DNA of 63,786 nucleotides, the filler included, from Octopus bimaculoides (taxonomy: Eukaryota), in NCBI RefSeq assembly GCF_001194135.2. It is 7 parts of 6 records of this genome, joined end to end, with 100 filler letters (N's around TTAATTAATTAA, not from the genome) between each part and the next. Parts side by side here need not be neighbours in the genome. Positions count along the whole stretch, not along the records: positions 15,307 to 26,476 come from NC_068996.1; positions 26,577 to 44,968 come from NC_068997.1; 5 more parts are not named here. The stretch is one strand, 5' to 3'. Of this stretch, positions 23,201 through 35,372 are shown piece by piece. The translations under genes and the position numbers were made by a program. Position 1 is the first letter of the stretch; each line of letters begins with the position of its first letter. The notes under the pieces are model-generated. The model was not told the DNA's origin. It saw only the letters and a program-made list of their open reading frames with translations, and did not search any database.

Positions 23201-23869
23201 TTACCTGTCCAACTGGAATCGTAAATCACACGTTTTCACGTCATCTCATTTACTAATACACAAACAGAAGTAGACGGAGAGTGTTGACACCTCACACTTG
23301 CAATAAATGTTTGAAATTTTGCGTTTAGCCCTTCCTTGGTCGCACCTTACTTTCATAAAAAAAAAGCACCTAGCAGAAAAGTGAGCAGTTTACATATAGA
23401 ACAAGTCTAATTTCTTGTTGTGTTGTCAGTTTGTGATGTTGATGATGACGATTATGAGGAGGAGGANNNNNNNNNNCATCATCATCATCATCATCGTCGT
23501 CGTCGTCGACGTCGTCACCACCATCGTCAGAATCTTAAAGGTTTCCTCAATTTTTGCTTTTTTAACTGTAGAAACAAAAGGTCAAAGATATTCCAGATAT
23601 GGCCATCCAGTATTTTTAAGGATATAATAGTTGTCTTTAATCCCTTCTTGTTTCAGACTGTTTTACACCAAAGAGATTTGGCAGCTATATCTATCTGAGT
23701 GAGCATTGATCAGGTCTAACTGCAATTAAAATCATGTTTTTAAGGTTGTTGCTTACAAAAGAAAACAAACGTACCATGTTTACATACGGTCGTTGTTTAG
23801 TTTCAGGTCTGTACCAATAAACTCATTCATTCACATGATCACGTGCGAATATACCATCTGACTATACAT

Positions 23870-24480
23870 CACACTAAGCAGAAATTCGTAGTGACAAAAG
23901 AAATAGTTAATATCAAGCAACAAAATAAACTCCACATTATGTATTAAGTACTCCTTCACCGTGTACATGACGAAATGTGTACACGAGTTGGATGTAGAAG
24001 TTATGCACCTTTTGAGCATCTTAGGATATCATACAGGCCATACCTTCTTGAGTACTCTTGACATCTTACTCAAGTCTTGAATATCCTTGCTTAGACACTA
24101 AAACTGCAACCGCTGTGTCAATATAATGAGATTCAACATAATGTGCATCCAGTCATGTGCCACAAGGAATGCGAGAAAGGACAACGCAGGAGTTTAAATA
24201 AAGGAAGCCTCAAATAAGATGACCAATGGTGGCATAACGATTGGAAAGTAAAGGTAGCTTTAAAGGAAACGCAATTATTCCTCAGCCACATTGCAAAATA
24301 AAACAACACCATAATGTAATGTTATATTGAACCAACGATACTCTGGAAAGACAACGTAAAAACAAATCATGAAAAGAAGGGCTAAAATATGATGGATGGA
24401 ATTATGGAACCATAGAGGATAGCAGTCTAGGGTGTTTGCAGTAAATGAGGGTTGTTGTAAGTTTGTGGCTCGATTTATGA
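23870..24480 (-). mobile_element. Probable highly degraded non-LTR retrotransposon fragment
   Basis: Weak resemblance on the minus strand to RLE-type RT thumb regions; no long ORF. Confidence 0.3.
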
Positions 24481-24935
24481 AATCTCATTAAAGCAAGGTA
24501 TATAAATATTCATATTCTATTATTTAGAGTCTTTGTGAACGTCTAAATTTTAGACGCTTAGAAAGTAAAATTTAACTTCGGAAAGAATTGATGTTTTGCA
24601 AGATATTTAGATTTATTGGAAGAAATAATAGTTATAGAGCATTTATCGTTCTCTCTAGGTAGTAATTTTCTAACATATTTTCACCTGTATATGTATATGC
24701 ATAGCTTGACTTCAAATATTCTCATAAATTTCACGTTATAATCAAATAAATCTAGACTCCCAGTGTCTATATACCTTGTTTCGGACAAATAGCTAATATC
24801 TATATTAGTTTGTAATACCTCTTAGTTGTGTGGAAATGCGGTAACATGAAACTAGGACTAACGATGGTATAAAATCTATTTTGTTATTCCATACTCATAC
24901 ACACATACATGTGCATGTACACATACACATACATG

Positions 24936-24985
<50 letters not shown>

Positions 24986-25386
24986 TAATATTGATTGAAA
25001 TCACACATATGAATAGGGAAATTATTGAAATTTAATTGTAAAATAATACCTTACATTTATATTATTGACATGTCCTCCATATGTTGCACTGGAGTTTGTT
25101 TCTTAGACAAGAGGGAAGATTTTATTGAAAACATGCTCCAAACACATACGCTTAGAGACAGGCAGGAATATACATTCATACGCGTACACACACACAAGCA
25201 CACACAATCATATGTGTACAGATACATTTATAGGCATACATGCACACATGAAAACTTATACTCATACGCGTATCTTGCCAACGGCACGAATACATATGAA
25301 TATGCAAAACTCTGGTTAAAACGTATGTACATACATACATACATACATACATACATACATACATACATACATACATACATACATAC

Positions 25387-25583
25387 GTAGCTGTGTGGTA
25401 AGAAGTTTGGTTCCCAACCATATGGTTCTAGGTTCAGTTCCACTGCGGGAAACCTTCGTCAAGTGTCTTCTACTATAGCCACGGGCCGACCAAAGCCTTC
25501 TGAGTGGAAAGAAGACCACCATGTATATATGTGTGTGTATATGTATGTATGTATGCATGTATGTATGTATGTATGTATGTATG

Positions 25584-25623
<40 letters not shown>

Positions 25624-25759
25624 CATATATATATATATATTGAAAAGGTCGCAAGACGCAACGAAGATTTTAGAAAAAATAAATAAGTAAATTAGTACAA
25701 ATCTAACCGGTGAGTGTGTTAAGTAATATGACATTAAAACGTAATGACTTTCTCTAGAC

Positions 25760-25803
<44 letters not shown>

Positions 25804-25900
25804 ACTCACACACACACACTCAGCAGTATGCATGTCTGTATATTTATATGCCCCAGCATGGCCACAGTCTAATGCCTGAAGCAAGTGAAAGATAAAAGAG
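25387..25900 (+). mobile_element. SINE family A head and tail separated by microsatellites and another insert
   Basis: Head GCTGTGTGGTAAGAAGTTTGGTTCCCAACC...GGGCCGACCAAAGCC; tail GCCCCAGCATGGCCACAGTCTAATG. Confidence 0.75.
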
Positions 25901-25917
25901 ATGTAAAAAGATGGTGC

Positions 25918-26476
25918 ACTAAGGAGGATAAGTGAAATACTAAATGATCAATTCAAAAGTGTTTTCACTCCACCCCTAGGGCACTTTCAAGTCAGCAATC
26001 CAATTGACTTTTTTACCACTGCAGGTATAAAAGCAGAGGCAATGATGATTGATTACATCGATATAAAGGAAGACGATGTAATAAGGGTTATAGATGAACT
26101 GAACCCAAACTCAGCTACTGGCCCTGATGGATTCCCATACCTTCTAAAGGTATGTAAACGAGTCCTAGCAAGACCACTGCAGTGTCTCTTTCAGAGCTTC
26201 CTTGCATCTGGCAAACTCCCAAGAAAACTGAAAGAGGGGAAAATATGCCCTATTCATAAAGGAGGTAGCAGAGCGGAGGCCAAGAACTACAGACCTATCT
26301 TTCTCACCTCACACATCAGCAAGGTCATGGAACGAATAGTCAGAAGAAAACTAATCGCCTTCCTTGAAGAAAATGACTTGCTGCCTGACATCCAACATGG
26401 TTTCCGACCAGGAAGAAGCTGCCTGACTCAGCTCTTACAACACTATGACTGGGTGCTGAAACAGCTACTTAACCAC
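25918..26476 (+). mobile_element. CR1/Jockey-type LINE reverse transcriptase fragment, frame open up to the gap
   Basis: ATGPDGFP...ICPIHKGGSRAEAKNYRPIFLTSHISKVMERIV...QHGFRPGRSCLTQLL. Confidence 0.9.
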
Positions 26477-26576
26477 NNNNNNNNNNNNNNNNNNNNNNNN
26501 NNNNNNNNNNNNNNNNNNNNTTAATTAATTAANNNNNNNNNNNNNNNNNNNNNNNNNNNNNNNNNNNNNNNNNNNN

Positions 26577-26649
<73 letters not shown>

Positions 26650-26689
26650 ATGTATATAAAGACATGCGCTTACATATATAGACAAAAAG

Positions 26690-27830
26690 CCCTTGCTGGT
26701 ACTGTGACGATAAATCATTCATTCTTGGACTTTGTTGCAAACTGCCACATAGGTAAAGCCAAAGGAGTGGATCCACACCACCAAGAAAATAAAGGTTTGT
26801 ATAGATGCAGAGGAAGACCGGTCTAGCTTGATAGAGGGGCTTAGACAACAAGATCTTAGACAGAGTGCACATACAGCTGCAGATCATCGGCTCAGTTGAA
26901 TCTTTGGCAGACTAATTCTGTATCCTGTCAAATTCCTGATCTCGGTTATCTATAACACTTCATCATGTCTTCAGACTTCGTAAGGTATTATAGATAACGC
27001 AGATCAGAAATTTGACAAAACTTCAGACATGGGACAAGAGTGAAGTGCCCGCCTGTTCTTTGTGCAGTGAAACAGGGTTGCTTCAACACCGAGCTAGTAG
27101 TTGCTCCAGAGCCTTAGCGATATTACCAGGTGCTGAAGCCGGATGCGTTGGTGATAAAATTAGACTTTCAGTCCAGCAGACACAACCTCAGCAAGGAAGC
27201 CTTCACATTTCCCCAAAGCTGAAGAGTAGCTCGTTTCCTTGAAACATTGGCCCGGCCCGAGAATAGTCCTGAAAGTTGTCATGAGAGTGGAACAGTTAAA
27301 GCTGACAGAGTGTTTCATATCAATGATACTCCACCCATCCTTCCACCCAAGACATAGTTGTTTTCTCAGATTCTATCAAACAAGTAAACATGGCGGATCT
27401 GATGCTTCTGGAAGAAAATACGTTGGAGGCATGCCGAATACCAAAAGCTGGTAGGGTAGTGCATGGTAGGTTCGTTGCTAGCCATTTGAAGTAAGCTGCT
27501 GGGGTTTGTGTGAACTGACCACTCAGCAAAACCCTGGTTCGGTTTGGAATTATTGGTGCAGCAAAGAGAAGTGGGGCGAACGTTCCATCATGAGAGCTGC
27601 AGAGAAAGCCACAAGATTAGGCAGCATAAACGGCGCAAATAAGTGGATTGTTGCTGCTGGGATGTAACGTGGGATTTGGGCAATCGTGATTGGGGTAACT
27701 GAGTGAGGAGGTCTGAAGTTGGAATACCAGAAAGACCATAAGACTCCCCAAAACACCGCTGGTAATGCACCCCAGAATATTCCTGAAATATACGTTGGAG
27801 CAAACATTTGTTGGTCTTCGACTCAATTTT
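26690..27830 (+). mobile_element. HERO/NeSL-like RLE non-LTR retrotransposon 3' fragment
   Basis: LQTWDKSEVPACSLCSETGLLQHRASSCSRALA (degenerate CCHC) and a C-terminal RAAEKA...KWI segment. Confidence 0.6.
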
Positions 27831-27963
27831 AACTACTCTCTCATTGCAGACATATGCCTATAACAAGTCGATAGAATTTCTTCGAACGGATTTCAAATGA
27901 CTGCCTAACCCTGATTGTGCTTTAAGTATTTTGTGACAAACTCAGCGCGTAACTTGTGTTTAA

Positions 27964-28160
27964 TTCTTCAGCATTCAGATTATTCTTTATTTTGTTTCGT
28001 ATTAATCATGCATTATCTCGTAGCCTTGTAATTTTGGTAATATGACTGTTCCTTTTTAGAATGACATTGTCGGGTAGGTGTGAGAGGATGTATCTGGCCA
28101 GTTTCAACATTAAACGGGCTGAATATTTGGGCAGATATGGATGGTTAAAATGCTAAAGGG
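27964..28160. mobile_element. About 200-bp piggyBac-like MITE
   Basis: TTAA on both sides (27960-27963, 28161-28164). The right end ATGCTAAAGGG matches the degenerate left end TTCTTCAGCAT in reverse complement. Confidence 0.5.
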
Positions 28161-28259
28161 TTAATATGCAATAGCATTACAAAAAAGGCTAAACCCTGTT
28201 AACAAACAACACAAAACGCGAGTTAATTGTGTCGGTTTTGTTTTTATGATTCGGTCTAC

Positions 28260-28680
28260 AGGAAAGAGCTACAACCATATACTTCTTAGACCGTCCGAAA
28301 GTGTGGGTGATTTTATTTTATAAATGCAAATTGACGAATGCAAGAAAAACATGGTCAAAGAAGGTTGTATTCACATATAGTATACAACATATCCGGAACA
28401 ACTTACAACAATTTCCTGAATGATGATCCACAAGGAACTGATCTCTCACCTTCTCTTTTCAATTTTTATATTCAAGAACTGTACACATCCCCACAAAAGA
28501 TATGCACCAACTAATACCAACGATTCTCTAGATCCAGCTGCATAACTTCCGCCATAGATGAACAACTCAGAAACCTGGCTCAGAAAGAAGATAGAGTAGC
28601 ATCTACCAAGTCCACCTTTACCATTCTTAACTGCAAAAACAAGAGAGCACCAAATAGAATTAACCTATATGTTCAATGAC
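28260..28680 (+). mobile_element. Degraded LINE RT fragment
   Basis: DPQGTDLSPSLFNFYIQEL matches the RT PQG..LSP.LFN motif. Confidence 0.55.
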
Positions 28681-28959
28681 ATAAATAATCTATCACACAC
28701 ACAAAAAGAAAAAGAAAAAAAGATTATACACAATCAGTTCTGATTAATCACAAGTACAACGTATTGTGATTCATTATGGATTATGTCAGTTTCTCAGTCT
28801 CTTCCAAATAAACCAGAATAAAATAGTCACACATCACAGAGCGGCACTTTGCACTGACACACAACCCACCAACAGCCTTAACAAGAAAAAAAAATACTCA
28901 AAAATCTACATATATCTTTTATTTTTTATCAACAAAGGGAAAAGATATGACTGAGCTTG

Positions 28960-29600
28960 GGAGCACGAGAAGAAGGAAGGTGAATTTTGGCAGTCAGTAG
29001 TGTGGTCGGATGAAATATTCGAATTCAAGGCAAGTCTATGTATGGAGGGACAAAACTGAAACTCGGGAGGCTGAATGTAAAACGTGGCGGGTTTGGAGTC
29101 ATGGTTTGTGGGGGCTGTCTAGGCTGGAAGAAATCTGAGCTAATTTTCGTGGAAAACCGGTTGGATGGTCCGAAATGCTATATTAGAAATGGGACTATTT
29201 CCGATTTACAACACCGGTAAAATGGATAACTGCACTTCTCTTTTTCAAGAAGATGGGGCACCATTTCGAACCAAAGTTTGAAATGTCTGGAAAGAAACAT
29301 GGTATCAAGTTCCTTAGGTGGGTATCTCAAAGCTCCGACTTGAACTCCATTGAGCATGTCTAGGAGTACGTTGACAAGAAAATTCAAGCTAATTCTGCCA
29401 AAGTTACGTTCGTGGCAGCCCTCAAAAGCACCATCTTGAAAACACGGATTAACATGAATCAAACTATTGTCATTAACTTACTCAAAACGATGAAAAACCG
29501 TGCAGAAGCTGCGAAACTTGCGACAGGAGACTCTAACAAATATCAGCTCTGCCAAATATTAGTGCAAATTTTCAGACAATTCTGTTAGATATTTCTTGAG
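28960..29600 (+). mobile_element. Degraded Tc1-family transposase 3' half
   Basis: VWSDE-like start, GGFGVMVCG, FQEDGAP and QSSDLNSIEHV remnants. Confidence 0.75.
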
Positions 29601-29659
29601 TTATTAAACTTTGAATATGATTACAGTTTTACTCCCTTGGCTAAAAACTTATCACAGGT

Positions 29660-29724
<65 letters not shown>

Positions 29725-29862
29725 TATATATATATTTANNNNNNNNNNNNNNNNNNNNNNNNNNNNNNNNNNNNNNNNNNNNNNNNNNNNNNNNNNNNNN
29801 NNNNNNNNNNNNNNNNNNNNNNNNNNNNNNNNNNNNNNNNNNNNNNNNNNNNNNNNNNNNNN

Positions 29863-29893
<31 letters not shown>

Positions 29894-31136
29894 CAGGGTG
29901 CAGTGAATAAACTGTCGTCTAAATAATGCAAAAATGAAAATAACACTGACATCTCATTTTAACAGATATATTTACCCAAATTACATAGAAATATCTTGAA
30001 ATGCTAAAGAGTAAATTCATTCAATAAAATTGCCATTGGCTTCAACCACGGCCTCCAGATGACTTCGGAATCTCTTGCAACTCTTCTGGACGGTCTCCTT
30101 GTTTAAGTTGCTGAATCCTGCCATAATTCTTGCCTTCAGTTCATCATGAAGTTTTGTTGGTCTCTCGCTCGATTGCACCCCACACATAATAATCAAGGGG
30201 GTTGCAGTCTAGGGAGTTCGGTGGCCAGATGTCAGGGGTAATGTGGTTGCAGAAATAGTCTAACAGCCGTAACTGGGTTCTCTTGCTTGTGTGATATGGT
30301 ACAGGATCCTGTTGTCACACATAGGGTCTTTCAGCAGCCACCCTCTTGACTCAGGGCAGCACTACCTCCTCCAAGCACTTGATGGAGGCCTCTGTGTTGA
30401 ATCTGAGGCCGTGTGGGAAGATGAATGAATGCATGACGTCGCCATCACTAGTGATCACTCCAAACACCATGATGTTGACTGGATGCTTAATTTTTATCAC
30501 TCTCAGTACATGTTTTGGGGACACGGCAAGCCAACGGTTGCTCTGTGTGTTCACCATCTGATCCTGGCAGAAATTTTTCTCGTCTCAGAAAAACCAAAGC
30601 AAGTTCGGTTGGAGGAGATACTTGAGTTTGTTCAAAAGCTTCGTCTCGCGGTTTTGTCCTTGATGGCTTGGGATAGAAATTGGCCCTTTCTCCTCTTGAA
30701 TAAGGAATACCGAATGTTCATGCACAACCTGCCTGATAAGAAACTGAGACACTCCCATGCCCCGGGCGATGAACCTGATTGACTTCGAGGTATCGTTGTC
30801 AATCATGGCCTGGATCTCACCAACAAATGTAGGAGTTCATTTCTTATCAAAATAATCAGAATGAGTTTCCGAGCTGCTGTACGTTCGTAATTACCATTAG
30901 ACTCATCCAACGCTTTCTGAATCCTCTGCACTCTCCTAAGATTGACATCCAAATACTCTGAAATTTTCATATTGGAGCTTTTGGCACGTATGCCAAGCAA
31001 TGTAGCATGTCGTTTCCAAATTTCTGCAGGGTGAATTTCGTCATGGTGCCCAACTGACCCTTACTATACTGTGTAGTCAACAAAATCAAAAACAAACAAT
31101 GCACATGCGCGAAATTAAAAATATAAAATGACAATT
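29894..31136 (-). mobile_element. maT / DD37D Tc1-mariner transposon, degenerate, right end runs into a gap
   Basis: NTQSNRWLA...KHPVNIMVFGVITSDG...QQD-37 aa-D (PPNSLDCNPLDYYVW). Left TIR TA-CAGGGTGCAGTGAATAAACTGTCG. Confidence 0.85.
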
Positions 31137-31429
31137 NNNNNNNNNNNNNNNNNNNNNNNNNNNNNNNNNNNNNNNNNNNNNNNNNNNNNNNNNNNNNNNN
31201 NNNNNNNNNNNNNNNNNNNNNNNNNNNNNNNNNNNNNNNNNNNNNNNNNNNNNNNNNNNNNNNNNNNNNNNNNNNNNNNNNNNNNNNNNNNNNNNNNNNN
31301 NNNNNNNNNNNNNNNNNNNNNNNNNNNNNNNNNNNNNNNNNNNNNNNNNNNNNNNNNNNNNNNNNNNNNNNNNNNNNNNNNNNNNNNNNNNNNNNNNNNN
31401 NNNNNNNNNNNNNNNNNNNNNNNNNTATA

Positions 31430-31578
31430 TACGGTGGTTGTTTTTCAGTTTCTCTCTACCAAACCTATCCACAAGGCTTTGTCGGCCCGAAGCTAAATCA
31501 GAAGACACTTATCCAGGGTACCACGCACTGGACTGATCCCGGAACCATGCGGCTGAGAAACAAACTGTTTGCCACACA
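31430..31578 (-). mobile_element. SINE family A head
   Basis: Reverse complement of the family A head (GGTTGTGTGGCAAACAGTTTGTTTCTCAGCCGCATGGTTCCGGG). Confidence 0.7.
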
Positions 31579-31635
31579 ACCACGCATGCATCTATTTATA
31601 TGTTGTGTGTGTATGCGTGTGTGTTGTGTGTGTGT

Positions 31636-31679
<44 letters not shown>

Positions 31680-32430
31680 GTGCGTGCATGCGTGCGTGCC
31701 TGTATGCTGGTGCATGTAAATTGCACACCAATATATACACTATGTCTATCGGACATCGTCGGACCCAGTTTTCACATATAGGTGTTTTCGCATATTGGTG
31801 TTTGCCTACCTATAAGTAAGCAAACATCAAAATGCGAATTAGTCCATAGCTGGGATCCTGACAGGTGTTACTAATGTGGATCAGAGTAGAGGTGCGAACA
31901 ATAGAGGGTAAGAGATGGTTTGTCGCACCTTAAAATCTTGGAACTCTCGAACTAGGGCCCCGCAACCTGATGCCGTCATGCTATATACATGAAAGAATGT
32001 TTAAAAGTATTTTTGGTATATAATAGAAAAGTACTCAATACATAAATTTAGTACATATATAAAACATAGCACTCAACTTTAATGGTTTCACGTTGCATCA
32101 GCATTCATCAGCAGAATGATAAGATGAAATAAATAAACTGAAGACTAGATGGTCTAAAAAGAAATGTTATGAAGCGGTTGGATCGTCGTTGTTGCACAGG
32201 TTATTCGACTTTGATGGGTTTTCAGGTCAGTCAATTATGTTTACAAAAAATTTCGAAATGTAAGCAACTGTTGTTAGGTTATTCACCCATCGAATATTAT
32301 GCATGGAACTTTTTATGTATACAACATTGTGCTCAACTAGATAAAGGGAAAACGATATCTTTATGTCACACGAAACAATTAAATACCAAGATAGTGTTTT
32401 ATGTATTTGCGTCATACACACACGCGCGCG

Positions 32431-33750
32431 CACGGTGGAGCATAGAGGACGGACGTTTTAGAAACATTCACAAAATCATTAATTTAGCTGCAAACAAATT
32501 TTATTGATATGTTCCTTTTGAATTAGCATTTTCCAAAATCAAGTGTGGAAAACAACATCCATCATGTGGTGTCCGTTTTCATTTCTGGTGTCCGATGCAT
32601 TTCTGAAAGCGTTCTTGGAAGCTAACCTCCACTCTCTCCAGCATTGCTCTGACGATTTGGGCAACTTCCACACAAATTGCTTCCTTCAAATCGTCCAATG
32701 TACGGGGCTTATGCGCATACATACGTGCCTTGGGGTTTCCCCCAAGAAATAATCACACATGGACAAATCAGGGAACCGAGGGGACCAAGGAATGTCAGCA
32801 AACCTGGCAATGAGGCGGTCACCGAAGGGAGGGCGAAGAACGTCCGTTGATGCTGTGGCTGTATGGGACGTCACCCCATCCTGCTGAAACCATACACGTT
32901 GAATAGGCATACATTTTCGTCATAATTCAGGCACAAAGAAGTTATTTGCCATCTCGATACAACGCTCGAAGTTCACAGAAACAGCATTTCCATTATCGAC
33001 GGCAGTTTTTCCAATAGCCCACCAGACCGTCACTTTTGGGCTATGCAGTGGTCTTTCGTGCAGTTCTCTCGGATTTTCAAGAGCCCAATAACGACAGTTC
33101 TGTTGATTCACCCTGTCATTAAGATGAAAATGAGCTTTATCATTCATTAACAAGATGAGGTTGTCATTTGCCTCAAAAATTGCTTCCATCAGATTGCGAA
33201 GTTAAGCCGCTACGCATGGTCCTATGGTTGCAACTGTTGCCCAGTGACCAATTTGTACAGGTGAAAATGCAGGTCTTCATGCAAAATACGCCTTACTGAT
33301 CGATTACCGATGCCAAGTTCAGTGGGATGCTTCCGAGCAGAGTGATTCGGACTCCATATCAAAGCTTATCTGACGCATTCCACATTTACCGGGGTCCGTA
33401 CCGTTCGTGGTGCTCCCACCAGTCTCCTATTTATTAGTGAACCTCTTGTATGAAGTGCATTCACCCAACATAAGATTGTGTTATGGGTGGGAACAACCTG
33501 ATTTCCGTGGATCTTGAAGCGGGGCCGAAACTTATGCTAAACTGCTGTGACAGACTCGTTATTCTCCATGTAACTGTCGTAAGCAAACACGCGATGATCT
33601 ATCATCTACAGCGCTATGGCTTCACCTGAAAAGAAAAAAAAAGAATGTTAAGATACCACGGACCGAATGGTACTTGTTGGACACATGTCACTCTCTCTGG
33701 GGATGAGTAATAGCCAGTTGAAAAACGTCCGTACTCTCTACCCCACCCTG
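32431..33750 (-). mobile_element. rosa / DD41D Tc1-mariner transposon, about 1.32 kb, degenerate
   Basis: DKAHFHLNDRVNQQNCRYW...LHSPKVTVW...WFQQD-41 aa-D (SPRFPDLSMCD). Imperfect TIRs CACGGTGGAGCATAGAGGACGGACGTTTT versus CAGGGTGGGGTAGAGAGTACGGACGTTTT. Confidence 0.88.
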
Positions 33751-33756
33751 TATCTA

Positions 33757-33825
<69 letters not shown>

Positions 33826-34415
33826 GTCTGTCTATCTGTCTGTCTGTCTGTCTACACACACACACACACACAGATATATATAGGGGAAATAAACAACAGA
33901 GATGCCTCCCCCACCCACCCACAGAAACTGCAGGAGCGACTCAGAAGTTTTGCAAGCTTTGCAATCCATTACTCTCCAGATTACGATTTTCATAGTCTCA
34001 TCTCTCACTCTTTCGGAAACGACAGATGATTCTGGTACCTTATACATACATACATACATACATACATACATACATACATACATACATACATTCGTATATG
34101 TTTGTGGTGTGAATGTGTATATGAGTATGTGTGTTTATGTGTCTGTGTATATATATATACGTATATATATATATAGTTAAAAAATCGTATACAAATGGTA
34201 TACAGCTGGTAGTTTCTTAGATGGGTCGAAACGATTGTAGTGATCAATAAAGATTCTCATGTCTTCCATCTTTTGTTTCTCTCATTAATTACATATAGAG
34301 AGAAGTAAATGAAAAAATAAAACCAAGAAAAACAACGAAAGTCAAGAGGATGTATACACGATGAATGTATTTGATTGACGCCCAGAGAAAGTTTAAGATG
34401 GTTAAAAAAAAAGAA

Positions 34416-34455
34416 GGGTGTGACGTTTCGAGCATAACTCTTCGTCAGAAAGAGA
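34416..34455 (-). ncRNA. Minimal PLE-type hammerhead motif with defective stem I
   Basis: Minus strand CTGACGA-A-GAG-TTATG-CTC-GAAACGTC (34448 to 34422) with palindromic ACGT stem III; only 1 bp of stem I. Confidence 0.55.
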
Positions 34456-34699
34456 TAACACGAAAATGTCTAGTGAGGAGGAAAAGAATATTCCGAGAAA
34501 AGTACTGACATTATGCATAAAAGTATCTGTTCGAAGTGGACTGCTTTCATTTGTAGTTCTCAATACAAAATACAAGTGCGGAGTTTTATATCTTTCTTTA
34601 TCTGAAAGATCATTATGCAGACTTCTAGATAAAAACGTGTGCGTATGCATACATATATGTATGATGCATGTGCATATAAGTGTATGTGTATATTTAAGT

Positions 34700-35023
34700 G
34701 AGGCTGCGAGACTTAATGGTTAGGGTTTTCGGCTCACGATCGAAAAGTTGTGAGTTCGATTCCCTGCTGTGCGTTGGGTCCTTGAGCAAGACACTTTATT
34801 TCTCGTTGCTCCAGTCCACTCAGCTGGCAAAAGTTAGTTGTACCCGTATTTCAAAGGGCTAGCATTTTTACATTCTGTGTCACGTTCAATCTCTCTGAGA
34901 ACTACTTTAAGGGCCATGTGTCTGTAGAGTGCTCAACCACCTGCACTTTAATTTCAAGCGCAGGGTGTTCTGTTGATCAGATAGACTGGAACTATTGTCG
35001 TCGTAATCGACAGAATGCCAGTG

Positions 35024-35025
<2 letters not shown>
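34700..35025 (+). mobile_element. tRNA-derived SINE (family D), near full length
   Basis: TAATGGTTAGGG (A-box-like)...GAGTTCGATTCCC (B-box)...CCTTGAGCAAGACACTTTATTTC. Confidence 0.85.
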
Positions 35026-35055
<30 letters not shown>

Positions 35056-35340
35056 CTGTCTGTCTGTCTGTCTATATGTGTGTGTGTGTGTCTATGTGTG
35101 TGTGAGTGCATGTGTTTATGCGTGTGTACACATGTATGTATACATATGCATATATATGTATATATATGCATATGCATATATGTATATATATATGCACACA
35201 CGCATACATAAGTACATAAGTGTGTATATATATACCCACAGACATACATACATAACTACCTACATACATAGACATATATATACATAACTATCTACCTACA
35301 TACACGTATATATGTACAAATACATACATACATACATACA

Positions 35341-35372
<32 letters not shown>

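Noticed and set aside
32060-32120. Minus-strand CTGATGA...GAAAC
   Set aside because: Stem II is only 3 weak pairs and stem I is out of register by 2 nt.
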